From Podarcis liolepis (taxonomy: Eukaryota), in assembly GCA_965112155.1 (NCBI GenBank), contig OZ218103.1: 64,000 nucleotides of DNA. The stretch is one strand, 5' to 3'. Both the position numbers and the translations under genes were made by a program. Under the pieces are notes generated by a model that saw only the letters and a list, made by a program, of their open reading frames with translations, did no database searches and was not told the origin of the DNA. Positions 63,672 to 64,000 of this stretch are shown here, piece by piece. The first letter of the stretch is position 1. Each line of letters begins with the position of its first letter.

Positions 63672-64000
63672 GTTATTTAAAGTCCATCTGATTTGTGAGA
63701 TCACTTTCTGACAGGAGCTGCCTTTTTATAGAAAAAAATGAATTATTGTGACACCTTCAAACTAGGAATTTTATTAAAGTATAAGCTTTCAAGAGCTATA
63801 ATTCCACTTCATCAGATGTCTATACCAGAGATTCTATAGTTACTGCTAAAGAAAGCTGGCACCTGACGAAGTTGACTCTAGCCCACAAAAGCTTGGGCCT
63901 CATCAAAATGGATTCGAGTTGTATTCATTGTAGCTCTGGGGTGAGCTTTCCATCACAGAAAGGGTTTCTCCTTGCACAATGGAAGGTTCACCCCCTCTCT

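Noticed and set aside
9113-64000. Next constitutive DLGAP4 exon (expected ...YKKTPPPVPPRTT...)
   Set aside because: Not found in the ORF track or by reading; presumed to lie beyond the window end.

Overview
Vertebrate nuclear DNA, most likely a squamate and probably a lacertid lizard. This is inferred from Sauria SINEs, a Bov-B/RTE tail, a MIR-derived Squam3-like SINE, CR1/L2 fragments and squamate-type MITEs. The whole window lies inside DLGAP4 (SAPAP4, postsynaptic scaffold) on the + strand. Three internal coding exons (3180-3294, 7188-7238, 8866-9112) are followed by an intron that appears to run past the window end (>54 kb). That intron holds two CpG islands. The first ends in a phase-compatible alternative first coding exon (MALCLELFKQ, 26118-26148) that would give a short isoform lacking the PSD-95-binding repeats. 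The second carries a candidate first exon with a 17-codon phase-0 ORF. The rest is intronic TE mosaic, microsatellites and one 131-N gap. No prokaryotic-type system, CRISPR array, RNA gene or intact transposase is present, and the other long ORFs look spurious. The best leads concern RNA processing: two inverted Sauria SINE pairs bracketing the three exons (possible competing dsRNA/circRNA pairing), an in-frame upstream 3' splice site, and candidate poison and recursive exons. All of these are hypotheses from sequence alone.
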